Shown: positions 8,546 to 18,531 of the stretch, one piece after another
Layout of the letters: each line of letters starts with the position of its first letter
How positions within the stretch are numbered: position 1 is the stretch's first letter
Source: a virus
Lineage: Duplodnaviria; Caudoviricetes
Reading direction: 5' to 3' (one strand)
IMG/VR virus record: IMGVR_UViG_3300032327_000515
Location: 1 to 35,693 of that record
DNA: 35,693 nt
Made by a program: the position numbers and the translations under genes
Notes under the pieces: model-generated
Seen by the model: the letters and a program-made list of their open reading frames with translations, nothing else
Database searches by the model: none
What the model was told of the DNA's origin: nothing

Positions 8546-9532
8546 TCATTTTGCCCAAACGTCACCCCAATCTCCAGATAAAGCACCTTTTGCATAATCG
8601 GTTGCTCTGTTCTCAAAGAAGTTTGTGTGTGTTGGTGCGTTAATCATTTCCTCAACCCAAGGTAAAGGATTTCTTTTCACTTTAAAAACACCTTTTAATC
8701 CTAAAGAAATTAAACGGCGGTCAGCGATGTATCGAATATACTTTTTGACATCTTCAGCAGATAAATCTTCCATAGCGCCCATCTTAAAAGCTAAGTCAAT
8801 AAATTTATCTTCTAATTCGACCATTCTTTCTGCAATAGTATATAGTCTACCTTTTAATTCATCATTCCAGATTTCATTGTTTTCTTGAATGTATGTTCTG
8901 AATAGTTTAACCATATTCTCAGTATGTTGAGTTTCGTCAACGATGGACCAAGTAACGATTTGACCCATGCCTTTCATTTTGCCATGTCGTGGAAAATTAA
9001 GTAACATAATAAAAGAGCTAAACAACTGCATACCTTCGGTAAATGCCGAGAATACAGCAATGTGAGTTGCAGTGTTCTCTTTAGTAGTATTGTTTGCAGA
9101 GATATCCAAAACATAGTCATGTTTTTCTTTCATTTCGGCATATTCCATAAACTCATTATAAGTTGTGTCTGGAAGGCCTAGTGTTTCAATTAAGTGTGAG
9201 TATGCGGCAACATGTAGAGCTTCACGAGCAGCAAAGCCCAATAACATCATGCGTATTTCGGGTTGAGGGAAATAAGGCAGATAATTATTAACATAACCCC
9301 CAGCAACGTCAATGTCTCCTTGGGTGAAGAACCTAAAAATGTGTGTGAGAAATTGTTTTTCCTCTTTCGTAAGTTTCTTCTTCCAATCTTTAACATCTTC
9401 AAGCATCGGTACTTCAGTATGCAACCAGTGAGATTGCTCATGCTTAAGCCATGCATCATAAGCCCAAGCATAATTAAAAGGTTTAAAATATGAACGTTCA
9501 TCGGTCATCCTTGATTCTATTTTTTTAATCAT
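8546..9532 (-). CDS. nrdB: Ribonucleotide reductase class Ia beta subunit
   Basis: FFTQGD, REALHVAAY, EGMQLFSSF, DETQH, NFFENRATDY. Confidence 0.95.
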   Translation of the reverse strand: MIKKIESRMTDERSYFKPFNYAWAYDAWLKHEQSHWLHTEVPMLEDVKDWKKKLTKEEKQFLTHIFRFFTQGDIDVAGGYVNNYLPYFPQPEIRMMLLGFAAREALHVAAYSHLIETLGLPDTTYNEFMEYAEMKEKHDYVLDISANNTTKENTATHIAVFSAFTEGMQLFSSFIMLLNFPRHGKMKGMGQIVTWSIVDETQHTENMVKLFRTYIQENNEIWNDELKGRLYTIAERMVELEDKFIDLAFKMGAMEDLSAEDVKKYIRYIADRRLISLGLKGVFKVKRNPLPWVEEMINAPTHTNFFENRATDYAKGALSGDWGDVWAK

Positions 9533-10274
9533 TTATTAGTTTGTTCCAAGTTATTATTTCCCATTTACCATCGGTGTGTTCTACTAATGCGGTGCAAGAT
9601 TCTACCCAATCACCGTCATTCATATATGCTACGCCGTCTATTTTTTTTATTTCTGCTGTGTGTATATGTCCACAGATAACTCCATCAAATCCACGTTTCT
9701 TACAATATCCAGCCAAATTTTTTTCAAATTGAAATATAAAATCCATTGATGATTTAACTTTGTGTTTTAGATATTTGCTTATTGACCAATATCCAAAACC
9801 CATCTTATGTCTAAACCAATTCAACTTACTATTCAATTCTAAAACAAAGTCATAGGCTTTATCACCCAAAAAAGATAACCATGGAGCAATTTTACTAATA
9901 CCATCAAATAAATCACCATGTGTTATGAGATATCTTTTACCATCCATACCAATGTGTTCAGATTGGTTAACTATCTCAATCATTCCAAAAGTAAAACCAT
10001 AAGGTATCATTGGTCTTAAAAATTCATCATGATTGCCTGCAACATATATTACTTTTGTTCCACGCTTTGCATGACCTAATATCCTACGAACAACATTAGT
10101 ATGACTTTGTTTCCACTTCCATTTATTCTGTTGTATTTTCCAAGCATCAATTATATCACCCACCAAATACAACTTTTCACAGGTATTGTGTTTCAGAAAA
10201 TTATTTAATAATTCTGCTTTACAATCTCTCGTTCCCAAATGCACATCACTAATAAAAATAGTTCTGTAATGCAT
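9525..10274 (-). CDS. LpxH-like (UDP-2,3-diacylglucosamine hydrolase family) metallophosphoesterase
   Basis: SDVHLG, VGDIID, GNHD, HGD, CGHIH, NDGDWVES; start re-called at ATG 10274. Confidence 0.85.
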   Translation of the reverse strand: MHYRTIFISDVHLGTRDCKAELLNNFLKHNTCEKLYLVGDIIDAWKIQQNKWKWKQSHTNVVRRILGHAKRGTKVIYVAGNHDEFLRPMIPYGFTFGMIEIVNQSEHIGMDGKRYLITHGDLFDGISKIAPWLSFLGDKAYDFVLELNSKLNWFRHKMGFGYWSISKYLKHKVKSSMDFIFQFEKNLAGYCKKRGFDGVICGHIHTAEIKKIDGVAYMNDGDWVESCTALVEHTDGKWEIITWNKLIND

Positions 10275-10275
10275 T

Positions 10276-12060
10276 TTATCCCTCACAAGCAATACAATCA
10301 TTACCCTGAGCAATCTGCGTCATATCTAACTCTTTGATAACACTTCTTTCAATCCTCTTAGAAACTTTATCTGCTTTTCCAATCTTTTCAGAGCGGCAGT
10401 AGTAAAGTGTTTTTAGTCCTTTTTTCCATGCCATAAAATGTATTGCATGAATATATTTAATGTGTGCATCTGGTCTAAAGAATAGATTAAGTGATTGTGC
10501 TTGGTCGATGTATTGTTGACGATCAGCAGCCAAATCAATTACCCATCTTTGGTCAATTTCCATCGAGGTTTTAAATATATCTTTTTCAGCTTCATTTAAA
10601 ATATCTAAATGTTGGCAAGAACCATCGTTAGCAATAATACTAGACCAAGTATCGTTATAATCCAATTCATCTTTTGTTTTTTCTTTAATAATTTTATCCA
10701 ACCAACGATTCTTGTTTAAGAAAGAACCGGATAGAGTATCTTGTCGATATGCATTTGCACGGTAGGGTTCAATGGAAGGAGAAGTATTTCCCATGATGAT
10801 AGAGCTGGAAGCATTTGGTGCGATAGCCATAAGATGACTAAAGCGATTACCAGTACCAACAGCATCAGGCGCTTCACCTCTTTCCGATCCGAGTTCTTTG
10901 TTAGCAACATTTAATCCTTCTCGAATAGATTTGAAAATACGGTTGTTGGCAACTTTGGCCATAACACCTTCAAAAGCAATTCCGTTACGTTGTAAATAAG
11001 CATGAAACCCGAGAGCACCGATGCCAATAGAACGTTCTCGTTGAGCGGAGTACCTAGCACGAGATATAGCATCAGGAGCATTATCAATAAAGAAAGTAAG
11101 CACATTATCAAGCATTTCAGCAACGTCTTTAAGAAAAAGTTTGTTGTCTTTCCACTCATCATAATTCTCCAAATTTAAAGAAGATAAACAACATACTGCT
11201 GTGCGTTGTTCATTGGTTGGTAAAATAATCTCAGAACAAAGATTTGATTGATGTACCTTCAATCCTTTATCTTTTAACCATTGTGGCAATTCACGATTAC
11301 TTGTATCAATGAAGTGTAAGTAAGGTTCACCTGTGTGCATACGGAGTTCTAGAATCATTTGCCATAACATCTTAGCAGATACTACTTCTCTTACTTCACC
11401 CGAATGTGGATCTTTTAATATCCATGAATCATCTACTTCAGGATCCAACATAGACTTTTCGATGAGGTCCATGAAGTCGTCCGTAATATTGATACCATGG
11501 TGTAGGTTTAAACATCGCTGATTTGGATCGCCTGTCGGCTTACGCATTTCTAGAAAAGGAATAATATCAGGATGAGATATATCAAGGTAAGCGGCATAAG
11601 AACCACGGCGAGTACGACCTTGGCGATAAGCAAGAGAACTCGCATCATACATTTTAAGGTGCGGTAATACACCGGTAGACTTGTCATCAGCGGCTCGAAT
11701 ACCAAAGCCAACACCGACACCACCTCCAAGCATAGAGAGCCAATTCGTTTCAGATAGGTTATCAACTAATCCCTCTGCAGTATCTTCAATATAATTAAGG
11801 AAACATGATATAGGCATGCCACGCTTAGAACGACCAAAAGAGAGAATGGGAGTAGAATAAGAGAGCCAATGCTTACTGCTGTATTCATATAATCTTTGCG
11901 CATGTTCTTTGTTTGTTCCAAATGTTTTTGATACAAAGGCAAATCTGTATTGTGGGGATGTTTCATCTTCTTTCATGTACGATTCTTGTAATCGTTTAAT
12001 TCCTAATTCGTCAAAAAGTTTATCTCGTTCTAAATCTATATTAATGCCAAGGTATTCCAT
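10276..12060 (-). CDS. nrdA: Ribonucleotide reductase class Ia alpha subunit (no ATP cone)
   Basis: ISCFL, SNLCSEI, IAPNASSS, KTLYYCR, C-terminal CIACEG. Confidence 0.95.
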   Translation of the reverse strand: MEYLGINIDLERDKLFDELGIKRLQESYMKEDETSPQYRFAFVSKTFGTNKEHAQRLYEYSSKHWLSYSTPILSFGRSKRGMPISCFLNYIEDTAEGLVDNLSETNWLSMLGGGVGVGFGIRAADDKSTGVLPHLKMYDASSLAYRQGRTRRGSYAAYLDISHPDIIPFLEMRKPTGDPNQRCLNLHHGINITDDFMDLIEKSMLDPEVDDSWILKDPHSGEVREVVSAKMLWQMILELRMHTGEPYLHFIDTSNRELPQWLKDKGLKVHQSNLCSEIILPTNEQRTAVCCLSSLNLENYDEWKDNKLFLKDVAEMLDNVLTFFIDNAPDAISRARYSAQRERSIGIGALGFHAYLQRNGIAFEGVMAKVANNRIFKSIREGLNVANKELGSERGEAPDAVGTGNRFSHLMAIAPNASSSIIMGNTSPSIEPYRANAYRQDTLSGSFLNKNRWLDKIIKEKTKDELDYNDTWSSIIANDGSCQHLDILNEAEKDIFKTSMEIDQRWVIDLAADRQQYIDQAQSLNLFFRPDAHIKYIHAIHFMAWKKGLKTLYYCRSEKIGKADKVSKRIERSVIKELDMTQIAQGNDCIACEG

Positions 12061-12088
12061 ATATTTTTGCCTTAAAATGTTATTGTTA

Positions 12089-12736
12089 TTATTGTACTAC
12101 AAATTCTTTAATCATTGGAAAAATTGACTCAATCGCATTAGCGCAGGCAAGAGCAATTTCTCTGTGTTCCTTCTGTGTTTCTACTCCACTTCTCAGCTGT
12201 ATATAGTGTACCCATGACCGCAAAGTTCCATTCATATACATTCTTGATACTGTCATACCCTCAGGCATTACAGCTCTTGCCTGTTCTTTAGCAATACCGT
12301 TTTCAATAGCCCATTCATATGCTTCTAATGAGGCAAAAGCAACACTTTGTTGTTTCTGTTTCCATTGTGTTTGTAAAACTTTATCATCAATTTCGATACT
12401 TGCTTGACGATTCTTAATATCTTGTAATCTTGCTTCCTTTAATTCAAAACCTAATTCAGTAGCATTAGCATAACGTTGTGAAAATTCTTGGAATGAAAAG
12501 GAACGATGCCTCAATATTTGTCTTGCAATATCTCTAGTAGTTTCAATCTCTAAACATACATTGACCATTTCTAAAGGAGACCAATGTTGATGTTTAATCA
12601 AATAACGAACCAACTTTTCGGCCGATTCATCGTTGTTTTGGTTTGCTGGGTTTGATACTCTTGCTGTAAATGCTATTTGTTCTAATAAATTTCGACCTTT
12701 AGGATCTTGTGAATAATTCACTAATGATACATTCAT
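12089..12736 (-). CDS. thyX: Flavin-dependent thymidylate synthase
   Basis: RHRSFSFQEFSQRY signature, HWSPLE, EQARAV, TQKEHR. Confidence 0.95.
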   Translation of the reverse strand: MNVSLVNYSQDPKGRNLLEQIAFTARVSNPANQNNDESAEKLVRYLIKHQHWSPLEMVNVCLEIETTRDIARQILRHRSFSFQEFSQRYANATELGFELKEARLQDIKNRQASIEIDDKVLQTQWKQKQQSVAFASLEAYEWAIENGIAKEQARAVMPEGMTVSRMYMNGTLRSWVHYIQLRSGVETQKEHREIALACANAIESIFPMIKEFVVQ

Positions 12737-12737
12737 A

Positions 12738-13766
12738 TTATACTTTCTTCCAGTTCACGAATTCCATTTTAGCTCTCAAATTCAAAAAGGTATTTTTACT
12801 TATAAAATCTTCAATTTCATCCGGTGAAAAACCTGATAATATCATATCATTTACATCTTTTTCTTCTATGATCTCAGGCCAGATAACAACATTAAAATGA
12901 TTGTCAATTGCGTGTTCCATCTTAGAAACAATCTCTTTGTTACGAGGCTCGTTATCAAACACTAAAACCACCTTGGACTTGTCCAATGAATCTGTAATTG
13001 ATTCTAGGTTAGAGTCTGCTGTTGCTACTGCATTGTTGATAAACATCGAGTCAATCGGTCCTTCAAATACATAAATTTTTTGTTCTTCATCTGTAGGATC
13101 AAGATCAAGTCTATCTAAACCATAAATCTTTTTATTATCATCGTGTAACTTCAACGTGATATATCTCAACTTAGATTCACCTAAAGAACGACCTTGGATT
13201 GCGACCAACTCTTTCTCTTGGTTATAAAAAGGTATGACTAATCTTTTGTCATTCTTGTGAAGTCCTTCTTTCTCAATCCCCAAACCATATATGAAGGCTG
13301 CGAAATCTTCCGCATAGTATAGTTGCGAGTAAAGTGTCTCCGGAATCCTTCTTTGCTGAACATAGTTCTTAGCAAAATGCGCCTCTGATAACGATTCGAT
13401 TGTTGGAAGTTCAAGTGATTTTTTAAACTTTGGAGTTTCCGTTTTGAACTCTTCAAACTCTGGCTTCGGATAATTGTGTGTGCCTGTTTCTCCATTTTTA
13501 TATCGCTCTAGTTGATACTCTTGTAATAGGTTGGGATCAACTTGTTTTAAAAAATTGTAGAAAGTGGTAGATACACCACAATTATGGCACATATAAAAGT
13601 AATCATTCTTCTTACGAAAAATGTAACCTCTGGTTTTAGTTTTATTTTTCTGTGAGTCGCCACAGAGCGGGCACCTAAAGTTATAAAGATCGTCTTTTTT
13701 CTTGGCAAATCTTTGTAACTTTGGTGATAATTGCAACAGGAAGGTCCTGTCGATAAAAACACTCAT
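12738..13766 (-). CDS. T4 gp61-like DNA primase
   Basis: CPLCGDS...CHNC zinc finger, EGPIDS, TOPRIM DNEPRN, KDVND. Confidence 0.95.
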   Translation of the reverse strand: MSVFIDRTFLLQLSPKLQRFAKKKDDLYNFRCPLCGDSQKNKTKTRGYIFRKKNDYFYMCHNCGVSTTFYNFLKQVDPNLLQEYQLERYKNGETGTHNYPKPEFEEFKTETPKFKKSLELPTIESLSEAHFAKNYVQQRRIPETLYSQLYYAEDFAAFIYGLGIEKEGLHKNDKRLVIPFYNQEKELVAIQGRSLGESKLRYITLKLHDDNKKIYGLDRLDLDPTDEEQKIYVFEGPIDSMFINNAVATADSNLESITDSLDKSKVVLVFDNEPRNKEIVSKMEHAIDNHFNVVIWPEIIEEKDVNDMILSGFSPDEIEDFISKNTFLNLRAKMEFVNWKKV

Positions 13767-13793
13767 AATATATCAATTCAAAAATGGTAAAAG

Positions 13794-14222
13794 TTATTTG
13801 GCTAGATGTAGTATTGTATCAAAATTTATACGAGAAATCAAGTAAGAAAGAACAATTATACCACCGGCAACCATCCACTTCCACTCTAAAATCTTATCCA
13901 AAGATTCTTTTTCTTTTTTATTGTGTTCGGACATATCTTTTCTTAAAGATTTGAATTCATCCATAATTTTTTCATTTGAATCTTGCATCTTATCCAATAC
14001 AGTATCAATCCTTTCGTGGATCTCTTTGATATCTTTATCGGTTTCTATTCTACGCTGGTCCATGTCAGCATATACCTTCGCTATGTGTCGGTCGTGTTGT
14101 TCTACGAGTTTTTCGATAACAATATCCATTTTATTACATAAAGCAGATAATGTCAATACTTGTGTCTTTAAAACACCAATGTCTACCTGTATATCGATGT
14201 ACTCATTGTTATCGGATGCCAT
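13794..14222 (-). CDS. Coiled-coil protein with C-terminal transmembrane helix (possible lysis accessory protein)
   Basis: Heptad-rich body then WKWMVAGGIIVLSYLI; follows the endolysin. Confidence 0.6.
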   Translation of the reverse strand: MASDNNEYIDIQVDIGVLKTQVLTLSALCNKMDIVIEKLVEQHDRHIAKVYADMDQRRIETDKDIKEIHERIDTVLDKMQDSNEKIMDEFKSLRKDMSEHNKKEKESLDKILEWKWMVAGGIIVLSYLISRINFDTILHLAK

Positions 14223-14223
14223 A

Positions 14224-14823
14224 TTATTTTCCTAAAATATTCAGCGCTTTTTTATAATTCTCTTCTCGCTCAGGCAAACCAATATATCCGCCATTAATCA
14301 CTTTAGTCATTTTTTTAATATCACCGACATCTGCATATGAGTTGAGTTTGTTGTTCATCCAGAAAAAGCAGGCCGCTTCAGCTGCACCTTGCTTTGTTTC
14401 CAAATGTCCTATTACATCTTCGAGGCTCATTTTAATTGAATCGGCAAAAGCTTGATAATTATACTTGCCGGTTAATTGAATTAAACCCCTACCACGATAT
14501 TTCCATCCATCTCCACTAGATTCGTCACCATTACCTAAACGATTGGCATAAACAAAATTAGCAATCATTTCAGGTTGTCTGGCATATTTATTTGCCAGTT
14601 CAGGTGTTGTAAATCTTTTTGGCCAAGTCGTAACTAGACCAGTAACACCGTAATTTAAATTTTCGATTAATTTTTGAAAATGTCCAGATTCGTGTGAACA
14701 TTGAGCAATAAATGAAGCAATCCTCTGTGGAGAGTCTATGTTATATTTAGGCAATAGATTATTTAATATTTCACACCAATCAACGGATATACCTAATTTT
14801 TTTAAAAGTTCTGGTGTAATCAT
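14224..14823 (-). CDS. Glycoside hydrolase family 19 endolysin
   Basis: FIAQCSHES, ENLNY, YRGRGLIQLTGKYNY, INGG. Confidence 0.93.
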   Translation of the reverse strand: MITPELLKKLGISVDWCEILNNLLPKYNIDSPQRIASFIAQCSHESGHFQKLIENLNYGVTGLVTTWPKRFTTPELANKYARQPEMIANFVYANRLGNGDESSGDGWKYRGRGLIQLTGKYNYQAFADSIKMSLEDVIGHLETKQGAAEAACFFWMNNKLNSYADVGDIKKMTKVINGGYIGLPEREENYKKALNILGK

Positions 14824-14826
14824 ATG

Positions 14827-15174
14827 TTATTCTTTATGTGATGGAGTTTCTTCGCCATTTGGATCTTTAATGGCTTTACCAATTAAAGCATTGGCAACCC
14901 ACGCACCCATGTAACCAACAAAATACCATTCCGAAAGTTTATCATTTGCAATAAGGTATATGAATCCCCAAGTACTAACAATCCATGCACCAAATCTACT
15001 AAATTTGCGTTCGTTTAATTTACCATTAATAGAAACCAAGTCTATAATTGAGATTGTATTCTTTTTATCTTGATTGAGTTTCCATAAAGCATAAACAGTT
15101 GTACAAAATAGTAAAGCTAAGATAATATACATTATTTCATCCGGAGTAATGTTACTATCAAATAATTGTAACAT
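14827..15174 (-). CDS. Putative holin
   Basis: 115 aa with 2-3 hydrophobic segments, between the spanin and endolysin genes. Confidence 0.55.
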   Translation of the reverse strand: MLQLFDSNITPDEIMYIILALLFCTTVYALWKLNQDKKNTISIIDLVSINGKLNERKFSRFGAWIVSTWGFIYLIANDKLSEWYFVGYMGAWVANALIGKAIKDPNGEETPSHKE

Positions 15175-15758
15175 TATTGCACACCATCAAATATTTTTTT
15201 GTTTTCTTTATACCACGATTGCCAAGCTTTTACTATCTCAACTATTTTGTAGTAGGTTGCGTTGTTGTCGTTGACTGTGTTGAGGAGTCCAGCGATTTTA
15301 ACTTCGGAGGTTCCTGTAATAGTATTGATGGTGCTGTCGGGAAGTTCATTTTGACTGGAACTGTTGAACAAGCTGACAGAAGCATTAGACAACTTGCACT
15401 CATCAGTAATATATTTGTTAATCGCAATTTTAAGTTCATTTTGTTTATCCTTAATAATTTTTTCTTTTTCAACTATATTTTCGACCAATATGGTATTCAC
15501 TTGTGCTGATTGTGTTTCAGCTCGAGCAAGTTTAGTTTCCAATTCTTTTACTTTGAGTAACCATGAATTGTTGTTACTATTAGCACCTTCAATCCAAATA
15601 CCAAATACTAATACAAGTATTGAAATGATCTGAATTGGTAACTTATACTGATTTATAAACGGTACAAAACCAAAGAACCAACTGGCAATAATACCCAACA
15701 CACCTGCAATCACCATCAGATGGATTATGAAATCGGGTAGCCAGTTTAATAACCACAT
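15174..15758 (-). CDS. Putative i-spanin (Rz-like)
   Basis: N-terminal TM segments, coiled coil, single Cys, hosts an embedded lipoprotein ORF. Confidence 0.7.
   Translation of the reverse strand: MWLLNWLPDFIIHLMVIAGVLGIIASWFFGFVPFINQYKLPIQIISILVLVFGIWIEGANSNNNSWLLKVKELETKLARAETQSAQVNTILVENIVEKEKIIKDKQNELKIAINKYITDECKLSNASVSLFNSSSQNELPDSTINTITGTSEVKIAGLLNTVNDNNATYYKIVEIVKAWQSWYKENKKIFDGVQ
15242..15439 (-). CDS. Putative o-spanin (Rz1-like lipoprotein) embedded in an alternative frame
   Basis: MNLKLRLTNILLMSASCLMLLSA-C lipobox followed by Pro-rich STVPVKMNFPTAPSILLQEPPKL; exact start uncertain. Confidence 0.7.
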   Translation of the reverse strand: MNLKLRLTNILLMSASCLMLLSACSTVPVKMNFPTAPSILLQEPPKLKSLDSSTQSTTTTQPTTK

Positions 15759-16018
15759 TATTGTGGAAGTTTTCTTTTAAAGGTTGGTGCCATTATAGGA
15801 TTTCTCTTTTTGGACACACCAGGTTCGCCACCTTTACCACCAGTACCTGCGATAGCACCACTACCTACATTATTTGTTGGTGCACCTACTGCGCCGGAAC
15901 TCATTCCATCTTCTGTGACCGGTACACAATCAGGTACCATACGATTACCTTTTTTCTTCAAGCCTTTGGCTGTGTATCCAGTCCAACATGCTTCAGTATA
16001 TTGTTTAAATGTTTTCAT
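15758..16018 (-). CDS. Putative internal head protein
   Basis: MKTFKQYTE N-terminus; CWTGY...KKKGNRMVPDCVP module; Gly-rich tail. Confidence 0.7.
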   Translation of the reverse strand: MKTFKQYTEACWTGYTAKGLKKKGNRMVPDCVPVTEDGMSSGAVGAPTNNVGSGAIAGTGGKGGEPGVSKKRNPIMAPTFKRKLPQ

Positions 16019-16602
16019 TAGCAGTTCCATTTTCTTAGTGCTAAGGCTTTACGAGTGGGTTCACCATTAGGTTTTTTCATAGCACCTTCCATACCACCCA
16101 TGCGAGCACAAAATGATTTTCTACGATTGGCTGCTTTAGAACCAGGTTTTAACTTTGATGGCGGTGTTGTTACTGCCATTGCTAATTTTGAACCTGGATT
16201 TTCTCTACGGTAGGAAGCAATACCTTTACGATTTAAACCACCCTTAGGATCTTTACCTGCTTTTCTTTGCCAAGCGGCAGATTCTTCTATTAAATCTTCA
16301 TCACTTACTGATTCCAACCTCTCCCAAAGCAATTCAGAATCTATATTGTATTCAGATGCAGCAGCTTCAATCATTTCTTCAATAACATCAAATAATTCTT
16401 CCAGTTCAACTTCTTCTGTTCTCCAACCACCACCCATTGCTTTGTATTTCTTTGAAGCCCAACCATTTGCATAAGCGGAAGGATAAACTGCAAATTTTGA
16501 TTTAGCAGCTGATTTTGCTCGAGCCCATTTTTCTGGACTAGTAGGAACATTTTTTTCTTCTAAGTTTTGAATTTCTTCTACAAATTGTTTAAATGATTTC
16601 AT
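16018..16602 (-). CDS. Putative internal head protein (two basic modules separated by an acidic linker)
   Basis: MKSFKQFVEE; YPSAYANGW module; AAWQRKAGK...RRKSFCARM...LRKWNC module. Confidence 0.75.
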   Translation of the reverse strand: MKSFKQFVEEIQNLEEKNVPTSPEKWARAKSAAKSKFAVYPSAYANGWASKKYKAMGGGWRTEEVELEELFDVIEEMIEAAASEYNIDSELLWERLESVSDEDLIEESAAWQRKAGKDPKGGLNRKGIASYRRENPGSKLAMAVTTPPSKLKPGSKAANRRKSFCARMGGMEGAMKKPNGEPTRKALALRKWNC

Positions 16603-17060
16603 TACTTATTACCTACGTTTTCTGTTCTAACATTAATTGGAGCTCCACGGCGTTCTGGATTAGGATCTTCTCTGCGTTTTCTTTGAGCTGCACTTGCACG
16701 AGCCTCTTTGCCAATTGCATGAGCTTTGGCTTGAGGTAAACATTTTGGTTTACCTTCTCCCGGATCTCTAGCACAGTCACCTTTAATATTACCTTTGGTG
16801 TCCATCCGAACCCACTTCTGTTTAAACCATTTTCTTAAATCTTCATCTAAATTCTGTTTAATCCAATCATCCGGAGTTTTTCCATGTTTAGATACAAAAT
16901 CATCATGTAAATCTTTACCGGTAATATTACCTTTTTTAGATATGTCCATCATTAGCTTATTAATTGATTCATAACTATGACTATCCAATTTCTTCAAGCC
17001 TTTTTCTAAGGCCGTAACACAGCAGCAATTTTCTTCTAAGTATCGTTTGAATGATTTCAT
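16602..17060 (-). CDS. Putative internal head protein
   Basis: MKSFKRYLEE; EDLRKWFKQKWV...CAR...KPKCLP module. Confidence 0.75.
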   Translation of the reverse strand: MKSFKRYLEENCCCVTALEKGLKKLDSHSYESINKLMMDISKKGNITGKDLHDDFVSKHGKTPDDWIKQNLDEDLRKWFKQKWVRMDTKGNIKGDCARDPGEGKPKCLPQAKAHAIGKEARASAAQRKRREDPNPERRGAPINVRTENVGNK

Positions 17061-17443
17061 ATTTTTCGTAATATCTCTGCGATAGTTAAATCCACCGGTA
17101 TTTCTGTTGTTCTTATTGTTTTACCATTTATTCCTCTAATTACTTCTGGTAGAGTATTTAAATACAATAAGAAAGTTTTTAAAATGTCATAATCTCGTTC
17201 ATCTATTCTATAGAATAATATTCTGGCCGACACTTCAGGACCAAAAACATTATTCAATAGAATAATATGGTTAATGATTAATCGTTCTTTAAGAGTTTTT
17301 GTAACCTTATATCTACGAAACAACCTTTTTAGATATTTAGTTCTCTTAATATCTCCTTCAAACTCCGACATAATACAATTTGGTGATGAATAACACTTCA
17401 TCGCATACATCATAAAATTATCTTCATTCAATTCATCAAACAT
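17057..17443 (-). CDS. Conserved T4-like phage hypothetical protein
   Basis: LNEDNFMMYAMKCY...KYLKRLF...LKERLIINHIILLNNVFG. Confidence 0.8.
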   Translation of the reverse strand: MFDELNEDNFMMYAMKCYSSPNCIMSEFEGDIKRTKYLKRLFRRYKVTKTLKERLIINHIILLNNVFGPEVSARILFYRIDERDYDILKTFLLYLNTLPEVIRGINGKTIRTTEIPVDLTIAEILRKI

Positions 17444-17452
17444 AGTATATTA

Positions 17453-17818
17453 TTATTCTTTTAGTAATTCATCCAAACCATTTTCATCTGTAATAGTAGC
17501 AAATGTTTCATATTGATTAGATTCATTTAACGCATATTCATAGTAAAAATAATATTCAGATTCATTGAAAGTTAAGGCAATCACTTCTACGCCTTCCTCT
17601 AAATCAGAAAAAACAACCTTTGGCAAATTAATACCAAAGGTTGTTAGTGTCTTTGATGCTTGTGTCCAACCAGTATACGGATTTACTGAAGATTCACTTA
17701 AACAAATATCAAGCAATTCGTTTATTTGTTCGTATGTATCATTTACTTCTTCAGAAATGGAAACAACTTTTAAATCATTTCCAATTTCTTTAGAAATATA
17801 ATGACGAAACTCAATCAT
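17453..17818 (-). CDS. Hypothetical acidic protein
   Basis: 121 aa; MIEFRHYISKE N-terminus. Confidence 0.7.
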   Translation of the reverse strand: MIEFRHYISKEIGNDLKVVSISEEVNDTYEQINELLDICLSESSVNPYTGWTQASKTLTTFGINLPKVVFSDLEEGVEVIALTFNESEYYFYYEYALNESNQYETFATITDENGLDELLKE

Positions 17819-18477
17819 TAGATTCCGCCAAAGATTGCGTTAGCACTTGTGTTAGCAGAACTTGTGTTTGATGCTACTGGTGCAGCCAAGGCAACTAAAG
17901 TTTCTTTCAAGAAACGAACTGTACCATCAGAGTTAATCTTACGAGTAATTCTGTTCCAACCTTGATTTACGGAACCAAGTCTAGTATTAGCTACCGTAGA
18001 ACCACCACCAGCTAAAGGAGCAGTAACACCTTGTGTATTAGCCATACGAGTTGCAGTTACTAAAATAACGTCATTTGCAAACTGTGCTTGAACATTTGAA
18101 CCGTGATTAATTGCTGTAGCAAAATAGATTCTTTCGCCGGCAGCAATTGGAGCTATTGTGTTGTTTGCAAATTGAATACGAACATTTGCAGCACCAGTTC
18201 TCAATAGTGAAACAGTATTATTGGAACGTTTGAAATCAATATCATTTGCGTCAATAATAGAGGTATCAAAGAATCTTGATAGTCCATTATTGGCTGTTGC
18301 ATAAACATACATTCCGTTTGCAACACCAGCAGTAGCTGGGTTTGTTGTGAAAACGATTTCGTTTGTTCCTGCCAATGTTGCGTTAGCTGTTACCAAATCT
18401 GCTACGGAACGAACTTCTCTCATCTCTGGAAAGAGTGGTTCGCTGTTAGCTCTGTCTGTATTTCCCCATGCTGGCAT
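17818..18477 (-). CDS. Putative virion structural protein
   Basis: MPAWGNTD start, Ala/Asn/Thr-rich, C-terminal GW...ETLVA; strong AAGGAG RBS and late-promoter-like site upstream. Confidence 0.65.
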   Translation of the reverse strand: MPAWGNTDRANSEPLFPEMREVRSVADLVTANATLAGTNEIVFTTNPATAGVANGMYVYATANNGLSRFFDTSIIDANDIDFKRSNNTVSLLRTGAANVRIQFANNTIAPIAAGERIYFATAINHGSNVQAQFANDVILVTATRMANTQGVTAPLAGGGSTVANTRLGSVNQGWNRITRKINSDGTVRFLKETLVALAAPVASNTSSANTSANAIFGGI

Positions 18478-18509
18478 TTTTTTCTCCTTTTAACCTCGGG
18501 TTATCTTAC

Positions 18510-18517
18510 TATTTATC
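18510..18517 (-). promoter_or_regulatory. T4-type late promoter variant
   Basis: GATAAATA (7/8 match to TATAAATA) in an intergenic gap about 30 nt before the ATG. Confidence 0.55.
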
Positions 18518-18531
18518 GTTTTAATATCTTG

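Noticed and set aside
8546-13766. Introns or inteins in nrdA, nrdB, thyX or primase
   Set aside because: All have compact lengths and continuous motifs
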